This document shows, piece by piece, positions 24,021-36,933 of a stretch of 64,000 bases of DNA. How positions within the stretch are numbered: the first letter of the stretch is position 1; each line of letters begins with the position of its first letter. The stretch is taken from contig NC_134036.1 of the NCBI RefSeq assembly GCF_964204645.1, positions 8,806,230 through 8,870,229 of the forward strand. Reading direction: 5' to 3'. A program made the translations under genes and the position numbers. The notes beneath the pieces are model-generated. The model was not told where the DNA came from. It did no database searches and was given only the letters and a program-made list of their open reading frames with translations. The DNA is from Tubulanus polymorphus (taxonomy: Eukaryota > Animalia > Nemertea).

Positions 24021-24282
24021 GATATCAATGTAATATCCATTATGTTCCCCACCGGAATAGGGTATTCCTATATTCTATTACCCGTCAACACTTAAGATAA
24101 GATATTTCGATATACGTTGGTTATTCTAGAGTTTCAATTTCATCGTTTTTTCGTCTTGCATCTAAACACTGAATACGTGTCTGTTTCGAATCGTACGGTA
24201 TTATTGAACAGCTGTTCGGCTTGAACTCTAGAACGACTGGACCGATCGTCTCGACGTTGACGCGAAATCTTCACGCTGACAA

Positions 24283-24560
24283 GCGCGCAGTGAATTGGTT
24301 ACGAGCGAAACGAGTATATTTGACAACAATACTTTAAAACTCCAAAGCTTCGATCACCGGCCGCTCATCTAAACTGTTTTCACAACTGAAACGCGCAGTG
24401 AATTGGTTATGAAGCAAGACGAGTAGCTTTGACGATACTTACTAGCTCCAAAGCTTCGATCGCCGCTAGTTCAAAACTGTTTTCACAACTGAAACGTCGT
24501 TAAGTGAATTGGCGAAACGGATGGCTTATGCTAGTACTTACTCGCTCGCAAGCTGCTATC
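24283..24560. repeat. ~110-bp direct repeat, 2-3 degenerate units
   Basis: GCGCAGTGAATTGGTTA...CTCCAAAGCTTCGATC...AAACTGTTTTCACAACTGAAACG recurs. Confidence 0.75.
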
Positions 24561-27500
24561 GTCGTCGCTTCCGAGATCGATTCTTATAAATTCGACGATT
24601 GTTTACGCTTTGAGCTGTTTGCTGTAGACGCATTACTCCGACGACGAACTGAAATATGAGAAAGCCGCGACAATCGGTGAAAAGATATTTACGTCTTAAC
24701 ATTCTGTAACCATCGCGCACGACGATGCGAGTGACAATATGGGAGCCCTCGCCCGTTTATTGATTTTCGATAAACTCGATGGCGAAATAATCATTCGTTT
24801 CATGATAAATAGAATTATTATATTATTTCATATGCTCAGCGAAAGATTCAATTGAATGCGATAATGAACATTCCACGCAAGATTAATTGCGAGACTCTAA
24901 AGTCAATTACTGTGATGGACTGACTGGCTTTATAAAGTAACAAGCGGATGTGATGCATATGAACATGGGCCAATTGCAAAGTAGGGGCTTAAATTCCAGA
25001 TGGGATTAAGACCATCTTGGTTCTATAGTCGATCTAACAATCTATGACCAGACTTGTGATGATGACCACTTTTGGACTAAGTCGCACTGAGGTCCCGACA
25101 GGTTTCGCTGGTGGGTTATTAGTCGACCGCGTTTCAATTTTCATCGATATCCAATTTCACTGAAAATGAAGCATTACCACTGGATGTAAGTTTAGTTCTC
25201 TAACTACTTATTGTTTTGGTCTTGGGCTACATTCAAATAAGGCACATAGCTGTTTGAATTGAATTGAATTTATTTTGCTTTTCAAAATTACATTATGAAA
25301 TGGAAAAATTAACAGAGTTTCGCGTGAAATTTTTACAATATATAGCATTAATGAAAATAGAGGGGATCATGAGAAGTCAAAAAGTGACGTATACGAATCT
25401 GAGAACCCCAACTTTATGCAAATACATGTGTAATACAAAGATTATGACGATTATGCAAGTACTAATTAGATAAAATTAGATAATTACAATTAGATAAAAT
25501 GCAAATATATAATCATACTATACTTAAATGTCACTAGATAGGAATTATACAATATTTGTCTATGTCTTTTAGACAGATGCATTACGTCATAACTCTGGGA
25601 GCCGCGCTGCTGCTGTTGGTGACGTCTTGTAGGTCGTCATGTCTGATATCGAGGGCTAGTAAGTTATAGTGAAGCGGCGCTGTCACTGTCACGCCCAAAT
25701 TTATTTAGCCAAAAATACAACGAGGAAACGAACTAGTTGAAATTGTCGCTACATTTTACGCCGTCCGTCCAAGAACGGAGTTCTGATAAGAAAGCGAATA
25801 TATTAAACTGTTAAATAAATGTCACCTGACTCTTTGGCTATAGGTAAGACATCACTACGAACACTGATAGTAAAGTGGCAATTAAAATGCTAAAACAGGG
25901 AATTTGAAAACCAAAAATACTTGAAATAGAATTCTTAGAAATGACTAAGTTCTCAAAACTATTTATACGAATACTTCAACATTATTGCACAGTATACTAA
26001 GTTTGTTCGGAATAGTTATTTGAGTATCAAATAATCAAATTAATCCACAGGAGGGACCCTAGATCCAGTTCCGTCCCAAACACCGTTTGTTTCTTATTTA
26101 GAGTGTAAATGCGAGACGGGTTGGTAACCGGCAGGAAACAAATGCTTCAAGATTTCATCGGTTTACGGTCCATTCGATAGGATCAAACTTTGCCCCAACA
26201 GTTTAATGGCTAAAATTTAGAACCAAGAGCAAAACGATGTTGCCAGAAGTAAGTACTATTTTAGTCAAACGTGTTTCGATATGAAATTATGGAAATATAG
26301 CTTTCAGGAACTAAGTATTAAGTACTTCACCTTTGGCATTCAATACCTAAAACGCAGAGAAAGCCCGTTTATTGATGCTTTTTAGAGTAATCTTGAAGCC
26401 AACCGTTTCGGCCCTATAAAAGCTGAGCTGTCAAGATATTGGGAAAAATGTATGAGAACTCAGATTCTGTATAATATCTTTTACACCTCCAATATTCGTA
26501 TTGATACACCGGTCACAATCCTCTCTTTAATCGTTATATATAAAATACTTGAGTAAGGCCCTGGCGAGAGAACGTGTCCGTGCACAAATCCGAATGAATA
26601 AATTGAAATACCGGATGATAATATTGAAGATAATATATTTTATTTACCTTGAACAAAGAATGATTTTCCTAATCCCTATTGTATATGAATCCCTATTGTT
26701 CCGAAGCTTCTCCTGTCCTGCTGTCGACACTCGTCTTACTAAGGTACAGATTCTCTCCTCTCTCTCGATAGCGGCCCCCTTTTGTAGAAAGAACCGGCAT
26801 TTTCAGAATTCCGATTCTCCCACGCAGGGTCTTCCGCTTTTTAGCAAGGAGCAGCTACCCAACTGTCATGACCGTTTTTAGTTACGGAAAATTTAGCCCT
26901 ACTGATTTGCTGATCTAAAGGTTTTTTTAAAAAACTGATTTGCTGATATAAACTTTTTCTTCCAACCCTCCTGTCATGACGCGTTGTGATTTACTCGCTC
27001 CTTGCTAGTCGTTGTTGAGAGAGCAGCTATTGTCTGTGAATTACCAACGAGCGCATACAGACAACAGAAACTTCAGACAGCTAGTTTTAACATTTAACAC
27101 AAATTAATTTTTCTAAAACATTAGCGATTATTAACAATTTGTTCTTAAACAACATCTAGATTACTCAAATTAAATATCTTTTCAAAACTTTGTTTTCTTT
27201 TCTAACTACAGTACAAATTCATAGTTTCTTTTTTTAATTATTATAATTAACTACGATTCAGAATACATTGTGATTGATTATCAATTCTTAAATTATTTGA
27301 AATACTTATACTAATTATTTTATCTACAATTTAACTAATTCTATTTTAATACAGGATCAGCAAAACAACCACATCTTCCTAAACTTCCGGTTTTTCCTTT
27401 TACGGAAAGTAGCCGGGAATATCATCAAGTATCAGCGTGATCCCTTCACGAGCCTCAATATAAATACACTCCATTGTTCCGACCCAACCAAATATGGTTC

Positions 27501-28407
27501 CAACTATTTAAAAGTTTTATATAAAGATTTTCTGAATGTTTGCCAGATCTCACAGCAGAAGAACCGAGAAAGAATTGTTGTTTATAGACTGATTTATGGT
27601 TTGCGTTCGTAGATGAAAGCATCAAACAAGAACTTTCGTAATTCTTACTACTAGTACGTTCTTGTCTGACGGCTTTAACGTAACCCCCACGCATACGGAA
27701 ACAACATTAAGAACATTTCTAAATACTACGAAACATTTTCAAATACTACGAAAATCTAGCTGTGGATCAATTGTTCGGATAATTTAAAGAAAAAATTAAA
27801 GTAAATGCGTTAGTATCGTTTTGATCTATCGTCCGTAGCTGTCAAGGATCTCATTTTGACAGAATGAAATTACCTAAATTTGAAAGAACAGTGTTTCAGG
27901 GTAAAATCATATTTACTGCCATCGACGACCAGATTACGGTCAATTTTACTCGAAACGTGAGGCGTATATGCAGGATAGCTATACACACTGAATGACTGCG
28001 GTTTACAATATCTATTCGGCAGTCTAGATTGCATCTTTCGGCCCAAAGAAATACGCACAGCTCAATTCGACAATTCGAAAAAATGATCCCGTCGTCGCTT
28101 TACAATCATAGACGTAAGACAGGTGCGTTACTAGTCAGAATGGTGTGTTCTATACACGCGCAGTACATCAGCGAAAATGATAAAATAGTATATGAAAACC
28201 TAATATCAGTGACAGCTCATTAAATATAATGATTTCCGATCCTATGAAACCAATGAAAAACGATGTACTTATGATCGACTCTATACGAGTACATAGTGAT
28301 GCGCGTGCATCGATTATGCCTAAGTAATTGGAAAAGTAGGCTTTCAGATCAGAGGGCGAGAGGGCGAGACACCACTCATCACCACAAGTAATTTTTTTTC
28401 CTAATAA

Positions 28408-31400
28408 ATGGGGGAGAATGAACACCAGCCAGAAAATAATAATGTTAATAAAAATCAATATTATTGCACATATTGTAAAAAATACGTCGATACATCTCAT
28501 AAAACACGACACGAAAAAACTGCAAATCATATAAAAATGTAATAGATTTTGAAACTCCAGAAAATTCCAATGAAAGAAAAGAAAGATTAGAAAATATGAA
28601 TGTGGATGAAATAAAATGTGAAGTTTGTAATGAATTTATAGTAAAAAGGAATTATAATAGACATCTCGAATCACAAAAACACCATCAAAATTTGAGTAAT
28701 AATGTTTTAGGAAAAGATTATTTTGATGATAAACCTCAAAAAGTAAAAAAAACAACTTCAAAAACTAAATCCATTTCAAATAAACCTTACATGGAAAATG
28801 TTAGAAATTATATTGATTCACTAGAAATAAAAGATACAATTGAAATTTTAGAAACATTACATAGTAAAATTGGTCCTGCAGCTATTATATTTAGATTTTT
28901 TAAAGGTACAACAATAGAAGATTATAGTACATTTAATGAAATAATAGAAAAAATACTAGATTTGATAACAGATGTTGAATATCCAAAAATTAGTATCTCT
29001 GGGAAAGTAAGTTTTATAAAGTCAGAAGAAAAAATGAATTATAATATTCAAACACACTCTGAAGAAATAATTTCAAAAACACAAAAAAAGAGAAGTTAGA
29101 AAAAATATTTAATGAATTTAAACGTCATATTGAAGAAAGATATTTTGAGGGTTCTGGCTTAACATTGAATGAAATTATATATTTAGATTTAAATGTTTAC
29201 AATACAAAAAGAAATAAAACATCAAAAAGTAATAAAATGTTTAAAAATGATTCAAACTTTACAACAGAAAAGGATATTAAAGCATCATCTTATATTAAAT
29301 TACCATTTACAACAAAAGCAGTAATAAATATTCAAAATGAAGATAATAAATGTTTTCTATGGTCAATTATTAGTTGCTTACATCCAACACAGGAAAATGT
29401 TTGTAGAATAACAAATTACCGGAAATATGAAATATTATATAAAATTGATCAATATCCAGTAACTATAAAAATGATTCCTAAAATAGAAAAAGTTAATAAT
29501 TTAAAAATAAATGTATTTGAATTAATGCAATTACCAAAGACAAAAGGTGAAAATATTAAAGATTATACATTGGAAGCTTTATATTTAACAGAATATTATG
29601 ATGATGAAAATCCTATAGATTTGTTATATTACAAAAAAGATGAAAATGAACATTATATGTGGTTAAAACAAATTGATTTATTCTTTAGAACAGAAAGTGA
29701 TCACCATAATAAAATTTATCTATGTAGAAAATGTTTATCTTAATTCATGACTGAGAATACATTATTAAAACATAAAGAATTATGTGATAATAAAGATTTT
29801 TGTGAATTAATAATGCCAACAGAAAAAGATTATAAATTGAAATTTACTAATCATAAATTTAAAAATATTGTTCCATTTGTAATTTATGGGGATTTTGAAT
29901 CGTTAAATAAAGAATTAACTGATCAAGATAGAAAAGAAATATATAACAAAAAGCAATTATTAAAATCAATGGATAAAGGAAATGAATTAAATGAAGACAC
30001 AACACTAGACCCACCAATTATAAATACAATTAAAAAAGTTCATCAAAGAGCTGCTGCTTATGGAATTTATATAAAATCAAATTATCCTGAATTATATGAA
30101 AGTCAATATATTTCTTTTAGAGGTGAAAATGTAGTTAATGATTTTTGTAACAAAATGATTGAATTAGAAAGTGATTTTGCAAAATTATTAAACAAAAATA
30201 AAAGAATAGTTATGACAAAAGAAGATGAAATTGATTTTAATTATGCAACTCATTGTTGTTATTGTGAAAAACGTTTTTATTCATTTGATAAAAAAGTTAG
30301 AGATCATGATCATTTAAATTCAAAATATCGTGGAGCTGCTCATGAAGATTGTAATTTACAAGCTAAGAAAGTTAATTAAAAGAACCAGATATGGTTTTAT
30401 TATTTGAAAAATCAATTAGAGGTGGAATTAGTGGTGTTATGGGAGATAGATATTTTAAAGCAAATGATGAATATAAATTATTGTATATTGACGCCAATAA
30501 TTTATATGGTTGGGCAATGATGCAACCTCAACCATATAAAAATTTTATATTGACAGAAGTTGAAAATGATAATAAAACTGATTGGGAAAGCGCAATTGCG
30601 AGTTTAAAAGATGAAGCACCAATTGGTTATTTCTTTGTAGTTGATTTAGAATATCCTGAAGATTTAAAGTTTAAAACAAGAAACTTACCTTATTGCCCAG
30701 AACATTTAACCGTAGATGATAGTTATTTAAGTGAATACCAGAAGAAAATAAAACCGAAAGATCATGTTTTTACAGAAAAATTAATACTTACTCAAAATAA
30801 TAAATACAATTATATCGTTCATCATAGAATGTTAAAATTTTATCTAAAACAAGGAATGAAATTGAAGAAAGTACATAGATATATTGAATTTAATCAATCG
30901 AAGTGGTTAGAAAAATATATAGATTTCAATACTCAACAGAGAACCATATCAAAAACAGATTTTGAAAAAGATTTCTTCAAATTAATGAATAATAGTTTTT
31001 ATGGTAAAAGATGTGAAAATATTAGAAATAGAAATGATATTGAATTAGTAAATAATTCTGAAAGATTAAGACATTTACAATCAAGTCCTAGACATTTAGG
31101 AAATAAAAGATTTGAAGATTATTTAACAGCAGTAAAATTAAAAAGAACGTCAATGAAATTTAATAAACCTATATTCATTGGTTCAACTGTTTTAGAAGTA
31201 TCAAAATTATTAATGTATGATTTTTATTATAATGTTTTACAACCGCTTTTTGGGAAAAAGCATATTGAAATATTATTTTTTGATTCTGTAACAGCTGACA
31301 CCCCAATATTATTAAAATGTAATGATAAAATATTGATAAGAAGAATTTCAGAAATAATTCCAAAACAAAATGAATGTTATATTTCATATGGTGAAAAAGA

Positions 31401-32415
31401 ATTGATATAAATAAATGCTTTAATGGATGTTTGGACAAGAAATGGATGGAAAAAATTAAAGAATATTATTAGGCATAAAACAAATAAGAAGATCTATAGA
31501 GTTAGAACTAAATTAGGGTTTGTAGATGTTACAGAAGATCATAGTTTAATTAAACGAAATGGCGATGAAATAAAACCAACTGATATAAAAATTGGAGATG
31601 AATTATTACATAAAAGATTTTTCCCAAGAATGAATCATATGTCATTTGATGAAATAATTGATAATATTTATAATATAGAACCCGAAACATTAGAAGAAAA
31701 AGAATATTTTATCAAAGAATTTTTTATGGGAGATGGTTCAGCAGGTGTGTATAATTATGTTTGGGGTAATAAATATTGTTGGTATTTATGCAATCAAGAC
31801 TTGAAATTATTAGAATGAATTAAGAAATTCTGTGAAGACGTTTATCCACATAAAACATTTAGAATCCTGGATGTTATGAAATCATCAGCAGTTTATAGAA
31901 TACTTGTAAATAATCCTAAAGATTTTGCTATAAAATATAATGATGAATTCTATATTCATCCAATAGTGAAAAGTAATACTTCAACAAAAGAAAAGATAGT
32001 TCCAGATTATGTATTAAATGCAAAAGATAATTTAAGAAAATGGTTCTTCATTGGATTCTACGCAGCAGATGGTGCTAAAAAATTTACGAGTTCTCCTGCA
32101 ATATCTTTAGCTCAAAACGGAAAAGTTGCTATATCAGGGTTAAACATATTATGTAATTCATTAGGCTTCAATATGAATATTGGATTGATTAAATCTAAAC
32201 CAAATTGCTTTAATTTAAGCCACACAGAAAAAGATTTAACTGAAGAAGTTAAAGATTTATTTGAAATATATAACCCAACAGATTATGTTTATGATTTATC
32301 AACTGAAGATCGTACATTTAACTGCGGATTTCCATTAATTTGCTTCAATACTGATGCGTACATACTAAAAATCAAGACAAATGACATAAGAAAAGACTTA
32401 AAAACACCCATTTAA
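28408..32415 (+). pseudogene. polB: Protein-primed family B DNA polymerase with intein; frameshifts, stops and deletions
   Basis: NEDNKCFLWSI/HY (OTU-like), YGDFES (Exo I), VRDHDH..YRGAAH..CN (EndoVII/HNH), YIDANNLYG, KLMNNSFYGK, FD|TD. Confidence 0.93.
31285..32349 (+). mobile_element. Intein with LAGLIDADG homing endonuclease (355 codons, two nonsense mutations)
   Basis: Block A SVTADTPILL; block B VDVTEDHSL; LAGLIDADG-like FIKEFFMGDG and FFIGFYAADG; block F YVYDLSTE..TF; terminal N followed by T(+1); absent from the homologous FDTDS in copy 3. Confidence 0.95.
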
Positions 32416-33203
32416 ATATGTTACAAAGTTTGTTTCAGATAAAAAAGTAAATGGTAAAGAATTATATGAAGATTTATTATTAGCAACACCTAATAAAGAT
32501 AAATTAGATTTAACCGATGCTAATAAAATATTAGGATCAAACATTGTAAATGAAATATTAGGAGCAAACACTTATAAAGATGATAATGGAAATATAGTTA
32601 CAGATATTGATATTAAAGATTCTATGAAACATAAAGTAGAAAATAGTGATAAATTTGATTGGATGAATAAGCATAACAGCGAAACAACTATTGATGATGC
32701 GATAAAAAGGGTGAAGAATAAGTATAAAAATAATAAAGAATTTGAAGAAGAAAATTCGGTAGAGAATTTGAAAAAATGTTAGGGTATGATAGTGAAAGTG
32801 ATTAAAATATTAATTATATTTAACTCAAATAATAATATTAGTTGAAAATTGTATAAAATAATAGTAAATAAAAAAGGGGGTTTTAAGTATTTAAGGTATC
32901 TAATACATATCTAATACATATCTAATACATATTATTTGAAAATACCTTAAATTATATTTCTTTTTTAAATTTATATTGAAACCTCAGTAATAATAAATAA
33001 CCTTTATTATTTGCAAACTTATTCATATAATAGTTGAAAAAATAAAAATAAATTGGTTGAAAATTGTATAGATAATATTTATTTTAAAAAAGGGGGTTTT
33101 AAGTATTTAAGGTATCTAATAGGGTATCTAATACATAGTAGGTATTAGGGTATCTAATAGGGTATCAGGTATTAGGGTATGTAATACATAGGTATACTAA
33201 TAG

Positions 33204-33815
33204 TTATTTTATACATTTATATTCATAGGGAAATTGTAGTCTCAGTAATAATTTTGAACCTTTATTATTCTTTAATTTATTCATATATTCATCATGTAAT
33301 TCAGTAGGTATAATTTGATTTTCTTCCAATGATTGTTGCATAGATTTTCTATCTTTATTGTAGAATAAAACTAGAAATCTTATATTCTCCCTAAAGTCTT
33401 TAACAATTGAATTATGTTTTTGATTTAAAACCCATGTTGTTATCCCAAAATGTCTCCCAGAGAAAGCTAAGTAACATAACTCACTTTCTCTCACTTTTGA
33501 ATCATGTAAATTAGCGCAATCATCTACAATGAATAATGTATTTGATCCTTTATAAGTATCAATTGCTATTTTTATACAATTATCTAAATTTTCTTTTACT
33601 GTTTTAGGATCTAATATAATAAACTTTTTTATTTTAACTATATCCCTATTATATGTTTTATTCATTTCATAAGTAGGACCGAATAATATTATATTATCAA
33701 AATGATTCTTATAAATAGTTTCTAACAAATCTAATATGAAATGTGTTTTACCACAATTGGTTACTCCAGTAACTAACATATTATGCGGTTCAAATATAAA
33801 TAAATCTTTATTCAT
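33204..33815 (-). CDS. A32/FtsK-like DNA packaging ATPase
   Basis: Walker A GVTNCGKT, Walker B FIVDD, GRH motif, LNQ; intact 203 aa. Confidence 0.92.
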   Translation of the reverse strand: MNKDLFIFEPHNMLVTGVTNCGKTHFILDLLETIYKNHFDNIILFGPTYEMNKTYNRDIVKIKKFIILDPKTVKENLDNCIKIAIDTYKGSNTLFIVDDCANLHDSKVRESELCYLAFSGRHFGITTWVLNQKHNSIVKDFRENIRFLVLFYNKDRKSMQQSLEENQIIPTELHDEYMNKLKNNKGSKLLLRLQFPYEYKCIK

Positions 33816-34022
33816 TTATTCTTTTAATTTTACTAGGTACAATCCATTCATTAAATTTATCATCGTATCCTTTATATTTCACCAAAGAATACTTTTTTCC
33901 TTTAAGAGTTTTTGTTTTCAATACTTTTTCGATTTTGTATTCTATTTCATCTGGATTTGGTACAAGTGATAATTCTTGTTCATAGAAATAACCTAATATT
34001 TCTTCATCTTTTAGATCTTCTA
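33808..34022 (-). pseudogene. C-terminal (chromodomain-like) fragment of Polinton integrase
   Basis: Nearly identical to 53975-54190; homology stops at ~34022 where host repeats begin. Confidence 0.88.
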
Positions 34023-35020
34023 AGTAACAGCTTTTGAGAAATACTGATTCCGAATGCTGACACTGGAATAGTGTACAGAATATAGGGTAAACGACAATAT
34101 ATTTATATATTATTGCGATATGATGTTGGCATTGAGCCAATTCATGTAAAATCGCGCTACGTTTTTTTATGTGAGCATTTGTTTCATTGGTTCTCGGCTT
34201 AAATGACGTATAATCGATGCGATTGAAGACATGGCGAACCATCGTCGATGACATGGTCAACTGAGTTAAAATTCAACGAAAAACTGTTTTTTGCGGGAAA
34301 ATTCTTAGCTCTCGCTTATAAAATTTTATAAATAATAATAATGACCTCGATATATTCTACGAGCGAATTGGATTGGCTGTTTTTGGGATATACGGGGAAT
34401 TCCGGCATTACTAAAATAATTATGGGAAAGCCATAGAATGGCGTAGGTTTCATTAGACTAGGTGCCGTATACATGCGAATTTTAAATGCTCATTGCTGGT
34501 GAGGATGTAATTATTTCATACATCCGCCATAGGTATTGTTTCATTGTAATACCCGGTGATTGTTTTGAATGAAATTTAAGTGTAAGCGAACATTCACTTA
34601 TACGAGGCCTCCACGTGCGCACGGAGTGCTACACGACACTCACACAAGCTCGTACAGTACACTACTAATGGTGATGATGTAACGCGTGCACGTTTGGCAT
34701 GCAAATAGGCTGAATGATCCTAGCAGAAGATGAGCGCTGTAATAAATTGCAATTTCTTGTGACCTCAAACAATGCCCTCATTCCAAACAACCTTTAGCTT
34801 TCAAGGTAAACCACACTTTGCCCATGGGCATTTTATTATTCATTATCCAGCATTACAAAGTTTCTTTAATATGGATTGTACACGGACACGCTATCTCTGC
34901 AGTGACAGAACCAGAACCGTGACCGGTGTACTAGTATGCAGTGTCATTGTGTACACTTAAATGACAAGACATTGACATGAATGGACACACCCGTGGCGTC
35001 AATCAATTTTTTTTTCAACT

Positions 35021-36207
35021 ATAAAGGACAAAAAGGACGATGGTATTTAAATAATGTTTATGAAACAGGACCCAGTTCCACAGTTGTGAGTTAAGATTTG
35101 AATTTGAGTAAACTCATTGAAAATGAACTAACTTTAACTCAAGAGTTAACTCTAACTCACAACTGTGGAACTGGATCCTGATGAATTCATGAAACTGACA
35201 TCAAAACTGGGGTTAGTTTTTTACAAAACAGGTTATTTTGCATTCCTTCACTATTTGAATTATCAGGTTGTAAAAATGCTACAGCTAATCACCCGCCCTA
35301 AAATAGAGCCTTAAGTAGTCCAAGAGTTATCTGATCGGTAGTAAAATGTTACATCGACTATATAACCAAAATAGTGTTAGACTGGACTTAAATCTAAGCT
35401 AGGCCACCGGTTGACGCGGATAGTCGGTATGCCGTAGGTGATTGGCAGGATGAAATCTTACATTAATGTTATAAGTTACCCTCCTGGTCAGGAGGGCTTC
35501 AAAAATCAGTCAATAGACTCATTGGTTGTTCCTCTCCACGGAAATTTAAAAAAAAAATCTTATCTTTCTTTTATTGGGAACGTGTCCCTCAATTGATTGA
35601 CCCTATTTACAACGGCGCTAATCACCCACCTGGGTCTAGTGGGGAGCTGAATCGAGGTGGGGGTCGAAACCCCCGCTTCTAAATACAATGAGGTTACATT
35701 GATTAAACTAAGTTGTTAAATCTATACATTTAGATTTACAGTATAGAACCAAGAGATTGTCCCCGTTATTTAGTTGGCTGGTTGTGATTGAATGACAGTA
35801 CTTTTCCTATATTATTGTCATAAGGAAGGCTTTTAAAATTAAGTCCATAGACTCATTGATTGTTCCTCTCCACGGAAGTCTTTAGTAAAAGGCGAAAGAT
35901 TTAAACGAGGTTGAAGAGAAACCAGAGTACCTACATACCCTGAGTCCTCGAGGTATTCATACCCCGAAACCATTACCTTTACACACGGTGTTTTACTTTC
36001 GACAAAATTTAGATTTTTTCCCGCCACAAAATCGGTCTTTTAGCCAGAAGTTTCCACAGATTTCAGTCGGAATTTTATCCAAATTTATATCACATTTAAT
36101 AAGATCAATCAACAAGCAATGATGCTACAGTTACAAATATATGATTATATTCATGACGATGGTATCTCGTTTTCCGTGAGTGCTCGGTAAATTCCGTCAA
36201 TCTCCGA
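35021..36207. repeat. Direct duplication, copy A (copy B ~38148-38907), flanking the GPCR
   Basis: Colinear similarity from AAAGGACAAAAAGGACGATGG to CCGTCAATCTCCGAC; copy A carries two extra inserts. Confidence 0.9.
35066..35180. mobile_element. 115-bp MITE
   Basis: CAGGACCCAGTTCCACAGTTGTGAGTTA / TAACTCACAACTGTGGAACTGGATCCTG inverted ends; absent from duplicate copy B. Confidence 0.85.
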
Positions 36208-36933
36208 CTAGGGGCACGACTCACACTCGGCACCCTCTAATGTGACTCGGACCAAATCGTCTCAGTATGATCGCGGCTAAACATTAGCTAAACTGCCTAA
36301 CTTTGGAGTGTCATAGATTCGAACACAGTTATTACTGAACTAGGTTTCTTTAACAGTACAGAATATTTTTTATCTTAAAATAAGGATTGACCCAGTTATC
36401 TATTTGATTGGTAAATTCCGTTTGATTTTCGATCTTGGTGTCCCTACAAACCCACCACACGTGCCGGGAGCGAAACAGGGGGTTTGTTATCGGCCCCGAA
36501 TGACCATACAAACTGTGAAATGAGAACTCTCGTATTCATGTGTGTGGTTTGTGTGAAAGCGATGCGCGATTATTTCAGTAAAATATTCCAGAAAGATTCA
36601 CCTATATCTACATTAATATGTATGAATAGAGAAAATTTAGTACCGAAGGCTTAACAAAACTTTATCTAATAAGATATGAGAATTAGATTCAATTCACTCC
36701 TCTCCGACCGATCTAGAACACATCTATTCAAATGTTCCACGATGGTCTATAAGCTGAACTGCATTCAACCGAGATGAAATAATGATAACTTGGTGAAACG
36801 TGGCTTGATTGGTCCGATATACTCGGCAGGAGTCTGATGTAACCAGGGTTCAATTTACTTCAATTTATCATTTAACAGATCGTTCAACATGATTCGTACA
36901 ATAGAACGCTACCGATAGACACATCAGTCGAAA

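Larger units (their letters stand above)
28323..34022 (+). mobile_element. Polinton copy 2: left terminus, intein-containing pPolB, ATPase, truncated integrase
   Basis: AGTAATT terminus, sharp AT-richness shift, hallmark genes; large internal deletions; right end missing. Confidence 0.92.

Noticed and set aside
23476-24100. Three Cys/Tyr-rich ORFs
   Set aside because: Translations of a stop-free 14-bp minisatellite.
33808-34260. 150-aa integrase fusion ORF
   Set aside because: A chance frame running from a host dispersed repeat into the truncated integrase.
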